Below, piece by piece: positions 46,340-55,358 of a stretch of DNA of 64,000 bases. Below the pieces are notes generated by a model. That model searched no databases. It saw only the letters and a list, made by a program, of their open reading frames with translations, and was not told where the DNA came from. Every line of letters begins with the position of its first letter. Positions within the stretch are counted from its first letter, which is position 1. The stretch comes from Anaerolineales bacterium (GTDB lineage Bacteria > Chloroflexota > Anaerolineae > Anaerolineales > UBA11858): the NCBI GenBank assembly GCA_028278545.1, contig JANQED010000133.1, positions 20,934 through 84,933 on the forward strand, read 5' to 3'. A program made the position numbers and the translations under genes.

Positions 46340-46969
46340 TCAAGGGCCTTTCATTTGTTCATGAGCCTGACGGCGCACATGAATAATGCGCTGCAGCGCA
46401 GTAACATTCGCCAAAATGGCGATAATCCCAACACCGATCTTGGGAACATTGAAAACCAACGCTGGCACCAAAACGACATACCGCTCCAAACGCGTCATAA
46501 TGCCCACTTTGGCATCGTAATCCAGCGACTCTGCCCGGGAGCGCACATAAGAAACCAACACCGAGCCAGCCGCAGCCAGATAAACAAGCCCACTGGATAC
46601 CCAATCCCCTTCCTGCAGGTAATAGATCAGCAAACCCAGGTAAGTCACTAACTCAGAGTAGCGGTCTGTCACAGAATCGACGAATGCGCCAAAGGTGGAC
46701 GGCTCCCCCCGCAATCGGGCCATCGTGCCGTCCAAAGCATCGATTGGGCCCATAGTCAAGATAATCAGCCCCCCGACAAGTAAATTGCCCTGCATCAGAA
46801 AAACAGCCCCAATGGCATTGCCGACCAACCCTATGACCGTGAGCGTATTGGGAGTCAAACCAATCCCATTGAGAAATGCCGCTATAGGGTCCAATACTCC
46901 CTTGAAGAGCGCCCGCATCAGATCAGTGAAGGTTTTCGGTCTTTCTTGTTTTTCAGCCAATTGGGTCAC
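46340..46969 (-). CDS. CDP-alcohol phosphatidyltransferase family protein
   Basis: DALDGTMARLRGEPSTFGAFVDSVTDRYSE fits D-x2-DG-x2-AR-x8-G-x3-D-x3-D. Confidence 0.8.
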   Translation of the reverse strand: MTQLAEKQERPKTFTDLMRALFKGVLDPIAAFLNGIGLTPNTLTVIGLVGNAIGAVFLMQGNLLVGGLIILTMGPIDALDGTMARLRGEPSTFGAFVDSVTDRYSELVTYLGLLIYYLQEGDWVSSGLVYLAAAGSVLVSYVRSRAESLDYDAKVGIMTRLERYVVLVPALVFNVPKIGVGIIAILANVTALQRIIHVRRQAHEQMKGP

Positions 46970-47046
46970 AGGGGTATCCTGCCTTTCGATCTACTCAAAG
47001 ATGGGCTATGCTATCGCAAGCAAGTAGGGCTGTCAAGCAAAGGCCA

Positions 47047-49308
47047 CTAATACTCGGGATCATCATCCTCTTGACTGACGATCTCCATCAAATCATCGTC
47101 TTCATCGATGAGCACGTCTCGTTCGCGTCCACTGCCTTGAGAAGGGCCCACGACTCCCAAATCTTCAAGTTCATCCATCAAACGCGCCGCGCGCGGGTAC
47201 CCAACGCGCAGCTGACGCTGCAACATGGACGTGCTAGCTTTTTGGGTCTGCTGCACCAGTTTTACCGCCTGCTCAATCAGATCATCCCGGTCAGACAGAA
47301 CAGCTTCTTTCTCTAATATCTGCTCCCAAGGGGGAATATCCTCTACATCTGCCTGGTAGGATTTCTGCCAGAAGTTGACCACCTGCTCAATTTCCTGGTC
47401 TGTAATCCAAACCCCTTGAATACGGATAGGACTGCCAGCCTCGGGGGGCAGGAAAAGCATGTCGCCACTGCCCAACAGGTGTTCAGCGCCGGGCACATCC
47501 AGGATCACGCGCGAGTCCACTGAGGAAGCCACCGCAAAAGAAAGCCGCGCCGGGAAGTTGGCTTTGATCAAACCTGTAACCACATCCGTGCTGGGCCGCT
47601 GGGTAGCCAACACCAGATGGATGCCCGTGGCGCGTGCCATCTGAGCGAGGCGCACGAGATTATGCTCGGTCTGCTCGGGGGCAGACATCATCAAATCAGC
47701 CAACTCGTCGATCAATACCACAATGCGCGGCAACGTCTCGCCATCCTTACGGCGTCCGATCTTACGATTATAAGTATCGATATTACGCGAGCGCGACTCC
47801 TCCAGGAGGATATAGCGCCGATCCATTTCTGCGACAACCCAGCGCAAAACACCTAATATGCGCTCCAGGTCGGTCTCCACTTTGCCATAGAGATGCGGCA
47901 GGCCGTTGAAGCGGATCAATTCCACCATCTTGGGGTCGATCATCACCAGGCGTAAATCATCTGGAGAGTTGTTCATCGCCAGGCAAGTTGTGATAGCAGC
48001 GATAAACACCGATTTCCCTGATCCCGTCGTCCCGGCGACCAGCATGTGGGGCATCGTGGCTAAGTCGGCCACAACCGCTTCCCCGGAAACATCCCGCCCC
48101 AAAGCGACCGTCAGGGGAGATCGGACTTTGGAAAAAGCGCTCGACTCCAATATCGGCCGCAGACGAACGATGGTCGAGCGCGCGTTGGGCACCTCGATGC
48201 CGATATACGAACGGCCCGGCACGGGTGCCTGGATGCGCAGGCGTTCCGCAGCCAACGCCAGGGCCAGATCGCGCTGTAAACCGGCAATTTGGGAGACCTT
48301 CACCTTTCGTAGCCGGGCAATCTCATCCTCTGATGCCCCCGGCTTGGGGAGGTACCCCGGCTCCACGGCGAACTGCGTCACCGTGGGGCCAACCTGAAAA
48401 CCAATCACCTTGGCCGGAATACCAAACTCGGCCAGGGTCTGTTCGATCATCCCCGCCCGTTGATTGATGTGTCTCTCGCTGGGGCGCGCGGCCTGCTCGT
48501 TGGACAACAAATTCAAACCTGGAAGGTCTTCAGATCGAGGCGTCGATGCTCTGGGACGCTCATCTTGAGCCTGCTCGACCCGGAAACGCTTGCGATATTC
48601 CGGCGCCACGCGCGGGGTCTTCTTAGACGATTTGCGCGGCGCGCTGGTGAGGGATTCTGCCTCTTCAACCGGCGCAACACTGACCGCGGGGTCGGTTGAT
48701 GCCGGTATGCCCCGAGCGGATTCTGCCCCCAGGGCCTTCCCCAACAGCGCACTCAGCCCTCCAGATAAATCTAAGCCGACCACAAGTAATAGAACCAGCA
48801 CCAACAGCACCAAAGCGATCGACCAGGATGGATTGAGCACGATCGCCAGCAGCTCTGCTAACCCCCAACCCACCAAACCGCCATCCAGGCCGAGTTCAGC
48901 GCGCTGCAACGATCCCCCATTGACCAATGTCAGCAGGGTCATCAGGGCAAAGGCGGCCCCTTCCAAGGCAAAGACGCGCGCCCATCGAACGGATGAGTCC
49001 TCCCCCACACGCCGACGCAGCATAAACAGCCCTACCGCCCCCCCGGCTAAAACCAGAAGCAAACTCCCCCAGCCTAACCAGCGTCGCAAGACTTTCGTCA
49101 GTGCCGAAATCAGCGTGCCCCCCGCCAGACCCGGAGCGACCAGCCCCAATAAGATCATCAAGGAGATCGCCAGAACCGCCACGCCGCCAATATCCCAGGC
49201 AAAGCGCTCGAAACGCAGCCATAGACGTACAGCCACATCCACCCAAGACCGATGTGAAGGGGCCTCCCTGGTCGATTTCTTAGATGATGTGCTTCGTTTT
49301 TGAGCCAT
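47047..49308 (-). CDS. ftsK: DNA translocase FtsK/SpoIIIE
   Basis: N-terminal TM helices, Walker A GTTGSGKS, Walker B VVLIDELADL, and a C-terminal gamma winged helix (ASTSMLQRQLRVGYPRAARLMDELEDLGVVGP). Confidence 0.9.
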   Translation of the reverse strand: MAQKRSTSSKKSTREAPSHRSWVDVAVRLWLRFERFAWDIGGVAVLAISLMILLGLVAPGLAGGTLISALTKVLRRWLGWGSLLLVLAGGAVGLFMLRRRVGEDSSVRWARVFALEGAAFALMTLLTLVNGGSLQRAELGLDGGLVGWGLAELLAIVLNPSWSIALVLLVLVLLLVVGLDLSGGLSALLGKALGAESARGIPASTDPAVSVAPVEEAESLTSAPRKSSKKTPRVAPEYRKRFRVEQAQDERPRASTPRSEDLPGLNLLSNEQAARPSERHINQRAGMIEQTLAEFGIPAKVIGFQVGPTVTQFAVEPGYLPKPGASEDEIARLRKVKVSQIAGLQRDLALALAAERLRIQAPVPGRSYIGIEVPNARSTIVRLRPILESSAFSKVRSPLTVALGRDVSGEAVVADLATMPHMLVAGTTGSGKSVFIAAITTCLAMNNSPDDLRLVMIDPKMVELIRFNGLPHLYGKVETDLERILGVLRWVVAEMDRRYILLEESRSRNIDTYNRKIGRRKDGETLPRIVVLIDELADLMMSAPEQTEHNLVRLAQMARATGIHLVLATQRPSTDVVTGLIKANFPARLSFAVASSVDSRVILDVPGAEHLLGSGDMLFLPPEAGSPIRIQGVWITDQEIEQVVNFWQKSYQADVEDIPPWEQILEKEAVLSDRDDLIEQAVKLVQQTQKASTSMLQRQLRVGYPRAARLMDELEDLGVVGPSQGSGRERDVLIDEDDDLMEIVSQEDDDPEY

Positions 49309-49368
49309 ACCTCTCCACCCTCTATGATCTCAAAAACAGGGGGGCAAAATTATTGGGAAGAAACGCCA

Positions 49369-50310
49369 TTAGGGTGTAACTCTCTGCTCGCTCCGAGAAG
49401 CCACGTAAATACCAATGAGAATAAGTATAGCACCAAACGCCATCAACACTGAGGGCACTTCCTTGAGCAAGATGTACGCCAAAACGGCTGAACCAATCGG
49501 TTCACCCAACAAAGTGATCGAGACATAGGCCGCTGAGAGGTACCGCAAAGCCCAATTGAAGGTCGAGTGCCCGAGGAGCTGCGGCACCAACGCCAATAAC
49601 AACACCCACTCATAGACCTTTGGGGGATACCCGGTGGGCGATTCCCCAGCCGAGAACATGAATATATTCAGGAAAACAGCCGCCATCCCGTACACGATGA
49701 AGATATATGGGATCAGGGACATCTTCTCGCGTAACCGTCTCCCAATGAGCAAATACCCCGCGCCAGTCCAGGCGCCGGCCAGGGCTAAGAAATCACCTAA
49801 AAAGGCCTCACCAGCCACAAATTCAGAAAATGGGGGGCAGGACATCGCGCCGCCCGCCCAGGTGCAAGAATCGCTCAAACCGACGACCGTCCCCCCCACC
49901 AATGCCAACCCCATTCCCCAAAACACAGGGCGAGCGACCGGTTCCCGAATGGTCAGCGGAGCCAGCAGGGCCACCCACAAGGGCGAAGTGCTCACCAAGA
50001 CCACAGAACTTGCCACAGTGGTGTATTCTAAAGAAGTTATCCAGGTGGCAAAATGCACCGACAGGAAAAACCCGGAGAGCAATGCCAGGCCCAATTCCCG
50101 GGGAGTCAGGGCGCGCAATTCAGAGCGATGCCTCAGGAGGGCAATGCCAGCCAAGATAATGGTAGCCAGAGTCAGGCGACCGGCGGCAATGACGATGGAG
50201 GGGGCGTCGGCCTGGGCATAACGGATGAATATTGAAGATGTGGAGACTGCTAAGATGCCAAATGGGATCGCGAAATGTGGGGATACAGGCGGCTTCGAGG
50301 ACGATTTCAT
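49369..50310 (-). CDS. EamA/DMT family transporter
   Basis: 313 aa, about 10 TM helices in two EamA-like halves. Confidence 0.75.
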   Translation of the reverse strand: MKSSSKPPVSPHFAIPFGILAVSTSSIFIRYAQADAPSIVIAAGRLTLATIILAGIALLRHRSELRALTPRELGLALLSGFFLSVHFATWITSLEYTTVASSVVLVSTSPLWVALLAPLTIREPVARPVFWGMGLALVGGTVVGLSDSCTWAGGAMSCPPFSEFVAGEAFLGDFLALAGAWTGAGYLLIGRRLREKMSLIPYIFIVYGMAAVFLNIFMFSAGESPTGYPPKVYEWVLLLALVPQLLGHSTFNWALRYLSAAYVSITLLGEPIGSAVLAYILLKEVPSVLMAFGAILILIGIYVASRSEQRVTP

Positions 50311-50367
50311 GCGTCGATTATATCCCTAATCCCCCCAAAGAAATGATTTGCGGGCAATGCGCTGCCT

Positions 50368-50712
50368 TTATTTATCCGAGCGCGGCCTGGGAATATGCCA
50401 GATCACCTTCCCAATCAGGTCTTCCTTCCCAATCGGGCCCAATTGGGAGCTATCCACACTGAGCGAATGCGTCCCGGTGACATACAGGTGATCCTGATCC
50501 CCCTCATAATGGTCGAACTTCTTGATCATGGTGCCATGATCTTTGTGCCGGAACACAAGCACATCTCCCGGCTTGAGAGAAAGGAAGAAGAGGCTTGGTA
50601 GCACTCGCGGGGCGAGCGTGGTAAGTACGACAAAATCCCCCTCTCGGAACTCAGGTGCGAGGCTGTTCCCTGTTACTCTGATGATCTTGATCATTGTCGC
50701 GCTTCCGACCAT
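50368..50712 (-). CDS. sodX: S26-family peptidase, candidate NiSOD maturation protease
   Basis: 114 aa. VTGNSLAPEFREGDFVV (Ser nucleophile context) and GDVLVFRH...MIKKF (Lys context). It lies directly downstream of sodN on the same strand. Confidence 0.6.
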   Translation of the reverse strand: MVGSATMIKIIRVTGNSLAPEFREGDFVVLTTLAPRVLPSLFFLSLKPGDVLVFRHKDHGTMIKKFDHYEGDQDHLYVTGTHSLSVDSSQLGPIGKEDLIGKVIWHIPRPRSDK

Positions 50713-50788
50713 GGTGTAGATGGCGCGTATACGCCATCTACACCATTTTTCGAAATATCTACTGCGAAGTATTCAGCCTGGAAAAATC

Positions 50789-51277
50789 CTACAGATCAGG
50801 GTACACCATTTCCAGCGCCGGAGCATAAGGGGCCTTGGCCTGTTTGGTCTTGACACCTTTGATGGCCCAGAAGATCGCGGCGAATTGATTGATGGCATCC
50901 ACAAAGGCCACCCCGGCCTCGCGATCGGCCGTCTGGCGGGCCTTGGAACCCAACTTCATGATATTGTGCACCAATTCAGGCAGCTCTGGGTACTCTTTCA
51001 CGTGGTCAGGGCCAATGAAATCGCCCCAGATCACACGCACTTCGTGTTTGGCTTGCTCGGCATGTTCCTCTTTGACGGTTACATAGCGGGACATGCTGTT
51101 ATCGAAAGCCACACCTTCGCCCTCCAATGCTGCCATTAAATCCATCATGCGCACGACAGTCAGCGCGCTAATCTGAGCGACAATAGGATCATAAATACCG
51201 CAAGGGACATCGCAGTGGGCCTTAGCCTGTTCAAATCCAAACTTTTCATCCAACGCTTTGACGAACTTGTAAAACAT
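50789..51277 (-). CDS. sodN: nickel-containing superoxide dismutase precursor
   Basis: Ni-hook HCDVPCGIY (51217-51191) after a 20-aa propeptide MFYKFVKALDEKFGFEQAKA. The 162-aa size fits NiSOD. Confidence 0.9.
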   Translation of the reverse strand: MFYKFVKALDEKFGFEQAKAHCDVPCGIYDPIVAQISALTVVRMMDLMAALEGEGVAFDNSMSRYVTVKEEHAEQAKHEVRVIWGDFIGPDHVKEYPELPELVHNIMKLGSKARQTADREAGVAFVDAINQFAAIFWAIKGVKTKQAKAPYAPALEMVYPDL

Positions 51278-51333
51278 TTTGACCTCCTATGGTACGAAAA
51301 ATGCAGAAGTATTCGAAATATTTGACGTTGGAG

Positions 51334-51362
51334 ATCATAATTAATAAGACTATTTCTGTCAA
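51334..51362 (-). promoter_or_regulatory. candidate sigma70-type promoter of sodN
   Basis: Minus strand: TTGACA (51362-51357), 17-nt spacer, TATGAT (51339-51334). AGGAGG SD before the ATG. Confidence 0.5.
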
Positions 51363-51425
51363 GTTAGAAGCTATTTTTAAGAACAAATTCATAGAAAAAT
51401 CATATATAATGACGCGCGCATACTC

Positions 51426-52148
51426 ATGAAATGGATCTATCTTTCCCCCCACTTGGATGATGTCGCTCTTTCCCTGGGAGGTTTGCTCTGGGAGCAGGCC
51501 ACCGCCGGAGAGTCGGCTGAGATTTGGACGATCTGCGCCGGTGACCCGCCTCCTGGCCCTTTATCACCGTTCGCGGAGAGTCTGCACGAGCGCTGGGGAA
51601 GTGGCCGGGAGGCCATGGCCGCACGCCGCGCCGAGGATATTGAGTCCTGTGCTCGCCTGGGGGCCTCACACCGGCATTTCTCCATCCCAGATTGTATTTA
51701 CCGCCATTCTGAGCAATCGGGGGAACATTTTTATCCCTCTGAGACCTCCTTGACCGGCCCAATGCACCCCGATGAGCAGTCCCTCGTCCGGAGGCTGCGC
51801 AAAACCCTAAAAGAGACACTCACCCCCGAGGTAAGACTGGTCTGCCCGCTCGGGTTGGGAAATCATGTAGACCACCAACTGACGCGCGCTGCCGCCGAAA
51901 GTCTCCACACGCCTCTCTGGTATTACGCAGAATATCCCTATATTCGAGAGATCCCCCATTGGGAACCAAAAGATATGCCACCCAGCGTGTACCCGATTTC
52001 AGCAGAGAGTATCACCACCTGGCAGGACGCCGTTGCCGCGCATGGCTCGCAGATCAGCACATTCTGGGAGAACATCCCCGAGATGCGGCGCGAAATTCTT
52101 GCGTATGCCCGTGAAATGAAGGGGATCGTGCTTTGGCGCAATACCTGA
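51426..52148 (+). CDS. PIG-L/LmbE family deacetylase
   Basis: The N-terminal MKWIYLSPHLDDVALSLGG motif is typical of PIG-L. HVDHQLT is a later metal-ligand context. Confidence 0.8.
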   Translation: MKWIYLSPHLDDVALSLGGLLWEQATAGESAEIWTICAGDPPPGPLSPFAESLHERWGSGREAMAARRAEDIESCARLGASHRHFSIPDCIYRHSEQSGEHFYPSETSLTGPMHPDEQSLVRRLRKTLKETLTPEVRLVCPLGLGNHVDHQLTRAAAESLHTPLWYYAEYPYIREIPHWEPKDMPPSVYPISAESITTWQDAVAAHGSQISTFWENIPEMRREILAYAREMKGIVLWRNT

Positions 52149-52345
52149 ACGCATGTTCTAAAACGGCCCTTGCCATAGAAAAATTTTTATGCTAAAATCC
52201 GGGCCGCGGCGCAATAGGACAGTAGTCCTTTTTTTATTGACGCCGCTCCTTATTTGTCAGAGTGTATTCAAGGCCCCGGGAGAGCACTCTTGACAAGAAC
52301 AACACATTGCAGGAAATTGGAAATTTTAGGGGCAAAGGAAGAAGC

Positions 52346-52813
52346 ATGCCAACAACGTACTTGACCCGAGAGGGTTTCGAGAAACTTCAGCAGGAGCTCG
52401 AGTATCTCCGCACGACTCGCCGCCAGGAAGTAGCTGAGCGCTTGCGCGAAGCTTTGGAAGACGGGGATTCGGGTGTGGATGCCGATGCAGAATGCGATGC
52501 AGCTCGCAACGAGCAGGCTTTCGTGGAGGGGCGTATTCAAGAACTGGAGCTCATACTAGCCAATGCGCAGCTCATTAAAGGGGGGCGCAAAAAGGGTGAG
52601 ATCCAAATTGGTTCTAAAGTGACCATTCAAGAGGAGGATTTCGAGCCTGAGGTTTACACCATCGTTGGTGCTGTTGAGGCTCATCCCAGCAATGGACGTA
52701 TCTCCAATGAATCTCCTCTAGGGAAAGCGCTCATCGGCCAAAAAGCCAAGGATGAGGTCACCGTACAGGCCCCTAACGGCTCGTTTACTGTGAAGATCTT
52801 AAAGGTGCAATGA
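52346..52813 (+). CDS. greA: transcription elongation factor GreA
   Basis: ATG 52346 after AAAGGAAGAAG. LTREGFEKLQQELEYLRTTRRQEVAERLREALEDGD..., C-terminal SNESPLGKALIGQKAKDEVTVQAPNG. Confidence 0.9.
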   Translation: MPTTYLTREGFEKLQQELEYLRTTRRQEVAERLREALEDGDSGVDADAECDAARNEQAFVEGRIQELELILANAQLIKGGRKKGEIQIGSKVTIQEEDFEPEVYTIVGAVEAHPSNGRISNESPLGKALIGQKAKDEVTVQAPNGSFTVKILKVQ

Positions 52814-52834
52814 ACTGGGGCTTGACCCATATAG

Positions 52835-52870
52835 CCCCGCGCGAGTAAACTCAGCGCGGGGTTTTTTTTT
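52835..52870 (+). terminator. intrinsic terminator after greA
   Basis: Stem CCCCGCGC (52835-52842) / GCGCGGGG (52854-52861) followed by T9. Confidence 0.85.
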
Positions 52871-52961
52871 GTTCCCACATAGCTGTGAAGGCTTCAGCCA
52901 GAACAGTTGATTTTCTTACCGTCCGAGTCTGAAGTGATTTATCGACGAGGAACGCAAAACC

Positions 52962-54482
52962 ATGTCAACAGAATACTCGAACTTAGAGCGGATCAGGCTT
53001 GAAAAAATCGATGAACTTCGGGCAGAAGGCATCGAGCCCTACCCCCATAGGGTCGAACGCACCCACACCACTGTGGAAGCGATTCAGGCCTTCGAGGCAG
53101 TTGAGAATAACGAGGATGCTGAAGCGGTGCAATCTACCTTAGTCGGCAGACTCAGATCAATGCGGCCGATGGGTAAGATCACCTTCGCACATATCGAAGA
53201 TGGCCATGGGCGTATCCAACTCTTCTTCCGGGCCAATGACATCGGCGAGGAACAGATTGCGTTCTTCAACCGCGTCTTTGACCTGGGCGACTTCATCCAG
53301 GCCAGCGGAAAGTTGTTTCGCACCCGCGCCGGCGAGGTATCCCTTTGGGTCGAGTCTTTCCGGATGTTGGCCAAGGCCGTGACTCCGCTGCCAGCCGCCA
53401 AAGACGAAACCGTTGACGGGGAGGTTATCCAACATGCCACCCTGGCCGACCCGGAAACTCGATATCGCCAACGATATGCCGATTTAGCCGTCAACGCCGA
53501 TGTGCGGCAGATATTCCGTACCCGCGCAGCCATCGTACGCGCGCTGCAAAACTTCATGGATGATCACGGCTTCCTCGAGGTAGAAACCCCCATTTTGCAG
53601 CCTCTCTACGGTGGAGCCGCAGCCCAACCTTTCGTCACCCACCATAACCAGCTTAAACAGGAGCTTTATCTGCGAATATCCTTCGAGCTGTATCTCAAAC
53701 GGTTATTGGTAGGTGGCTTCGAGCGCGTCTATGAGATCGGGCGTGATTTCCGCAACGAAGGCGTTTCCTTCAAGCACAATCCTGAGTTCACTCAACTGGA
53801 ATTCTATTGGGCTTATGCCGACTACAACCAGGTGATGGAGCTTACCGAAAATATGTTGGCCTTCGTCGCTGACCGAGTCTTCGGCAAACGCACGTTCACG
53901 TATAAAGGCCATCTGATCAACTTAGACCCCCCCTGGGAGCGGATCGAACTACGCCAGGGCCTAGCAGATACCACGGGGATCGATATCAACGAGCATCCCA
54001 CATCCGAGAGTCTGGCTGCCGCGATGAAAGCCAAAGGGATGGAAGTCAAGCCTGATACGGCGCGCGGCAAGTTGATCGATGCGCTGATCAGCAATCATCT
54101 CGAACCGACCTTGATCCAACCGACATTCCTCTACAATTATCCCAGGGATATCTCCCCATTAGCCAAAAGTATGCTCGGCGATCCCCAAACAGTCGAACGG
54201 TTCGAGGGTTTCCTCGGCGGCATGGAGATTTGCAACGCCTTCACAGAACTCAACGATCCTATAGACCAGGAGGCGCGCTTCATAGAGATGGGGCGGGACT
54301 ACGCCGACGATGATGAAGAACGCCATCCCATGGATGATGATTACCTGCAAGCCATGCGTTATGGTATGCCTCCCAACGGCGGCTTCGGCATGGGCATTGA
54401 CCGCCTGACCATGCTGCTCACCGACCAAAGCAGCATCCGCGAAGTGATCCTCTTCCCCCATCTGCGCAGCAGAGAAGAGTAA
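52962..54482 (+). CDS. lysS: lysine--tRNA ligase (class II)
   Basis: 506 aa. OB-fold N-domain and class II motifs (FLEVETPILQ, YEIGRDFRNEG, GGFGMGIDRLTMLL). Confidence 0.95.
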   Translation: MSTEYSNLERIRLEKIDELRAEGIEPYPHRVERTHTTVEAIQAFEAVENNEDAEAVQSTLVGRLRSMRPMGKITFAHIEDGHGRIQLFFRANDIGEEQIAFFNRVFDLGDFIQASGKLFRTRAGEVSLWVESFRMLAKAVTPLPAAKDETVDGEVIQHATLADPETRYRQRYADLAVNADVRQIFRTRAAIVRALQNFMDDHGFLEVETPILQPLYGGAAAQPFVTHHNQLKQELYLRISFELYLKRLLVGGFERVYEIGRDFRNEGVSFKHNPEFTQLEFYWAYADYNQVMELTENMLAFVADRVFGKRTFTYKGHLINLDPPWERIELRQGLADTTGIDINEHPTSESLAAAMKAKGMEVKPDTARGKLIDALISNHLEPTLIQPTFLYNYPRDISPLAKSMLGDPQTVERFEGFLGGMEICNAFTELNDPIDQEARFIEMGRDYADDDEERHPMDDDYLQAMRYGMPPNGGFGMGIDRLTMLLTDQSSIREVILFPHLRSREE

Positions 54483-54535
54483 ATCCACATCATTATTGAC
54501 TTGGACAAAACATTGCGGGGAATTACTTGAACTCG

Positions 54536-55207
54536 TCAGTAATGAGAGCTTCGCCCATTCTCCACTTCGATAGGATCGAAGACAACTACATCTTTGCCGG
54601 TCAATTTCTGATCGACTTTTTGGATGACCATCTCTAAATGGGCAGGATGCTTCACGTAGTTGATATCGTCCGCAGGGACTGTCAGCACGGGGCAGAGATT
54701 GAAATTTTCAACCCAATCTTCATAGAGATCGTTCAGTTGACCTAAATATTTCGGGCTGATCTTGCTCTCATAATCCCGTCCACGGCGCTGAATACGCCAT
54801 TGTAAAGTCTCCACTGAGGCTCTGAGATAAACTACCAGGTCGGGAGGGGGCAAGAACTCGCTCAACACATGATAGAGTTCCTGGTAGGTTTCGTAATCGC
54901 GCTCGCCCATTTGCTTCTGGCGATAAAGATTGCGGGCGAAGACCTCCGCATCTTCATAAACGCTGCGGTCTTGAACTACAGAAGTCGGGTGATCGATGAG
55001 CTTACGGTGAATACGCAGCCGGTGAGTCAAAAAGAAAACCTGAGAGTGAAAAGCCCAGGCCTTCATATTGCGATAGAAATCTGGCAGATATGGATTCTCT
55101 GTTTCGGGTTCGTAGAAGGGCTTCCACCCCAGACTCTTGCTGAGCATACTCACCAGGGTAGATTTGCCAACACCGATGTTGCCAGCGACCGCCACAAATT
55201 TTTTCAT
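54536..55207 (-). CDS. deoxynucleoside kinase
   Basis: P-loop VAVAGNIGVGKSTL, FYEPETENPYL, DRSVYEDAEVFA and RIQRRGRDYE (dNK family blocks). Confidence 0.85.
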   Translation of the reverse strand: MKKFVAVAGNIGVGKSTLVSMLSKSLGWKPFYEPETENPYLPDFYRNMKAWAFHSQVFFLTHRLRIHRKLIDHPTSVVQDRSVYEDAEVFARNLYRQKQMGERDYETYQELYHVLSEFLPPPDLVVYLRASVETLQWRIQRRGRDYESKISPKYLGQLNDLYEDWVENFNLCPVLTVPADDINYVKHPAHLEMVIQKVDQKLTGKDVVVFDPIEVENGRSSHY

Positions 55208-55358
55208 CGCCTCACCTTATGCCTATCCCATGAATCCCCACAAACGATTCCTTCCCAGAAAGTGGAGATGATCCGATAGAGCCATATCCCCTGTTCCCCA
55301 ACCAATGGTATCTGCGCGAGCGAAACGAATGAAGCACCTTTAAGATGATTACGAATTT

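Noticed and set aside
52170-52240. Possible tiny transcript between the PIG-L gene and greA (TTGCCA-17-TAAAAT followed about 35 nt later by AGGAC-AGTA-GTCCT plus T7)
   Set aside because: The hairpin has only 5 bp and is more simply the terminator of the PIG-L gene. The promoter-like hexamers in this AT-rich spacer are not distinctive.
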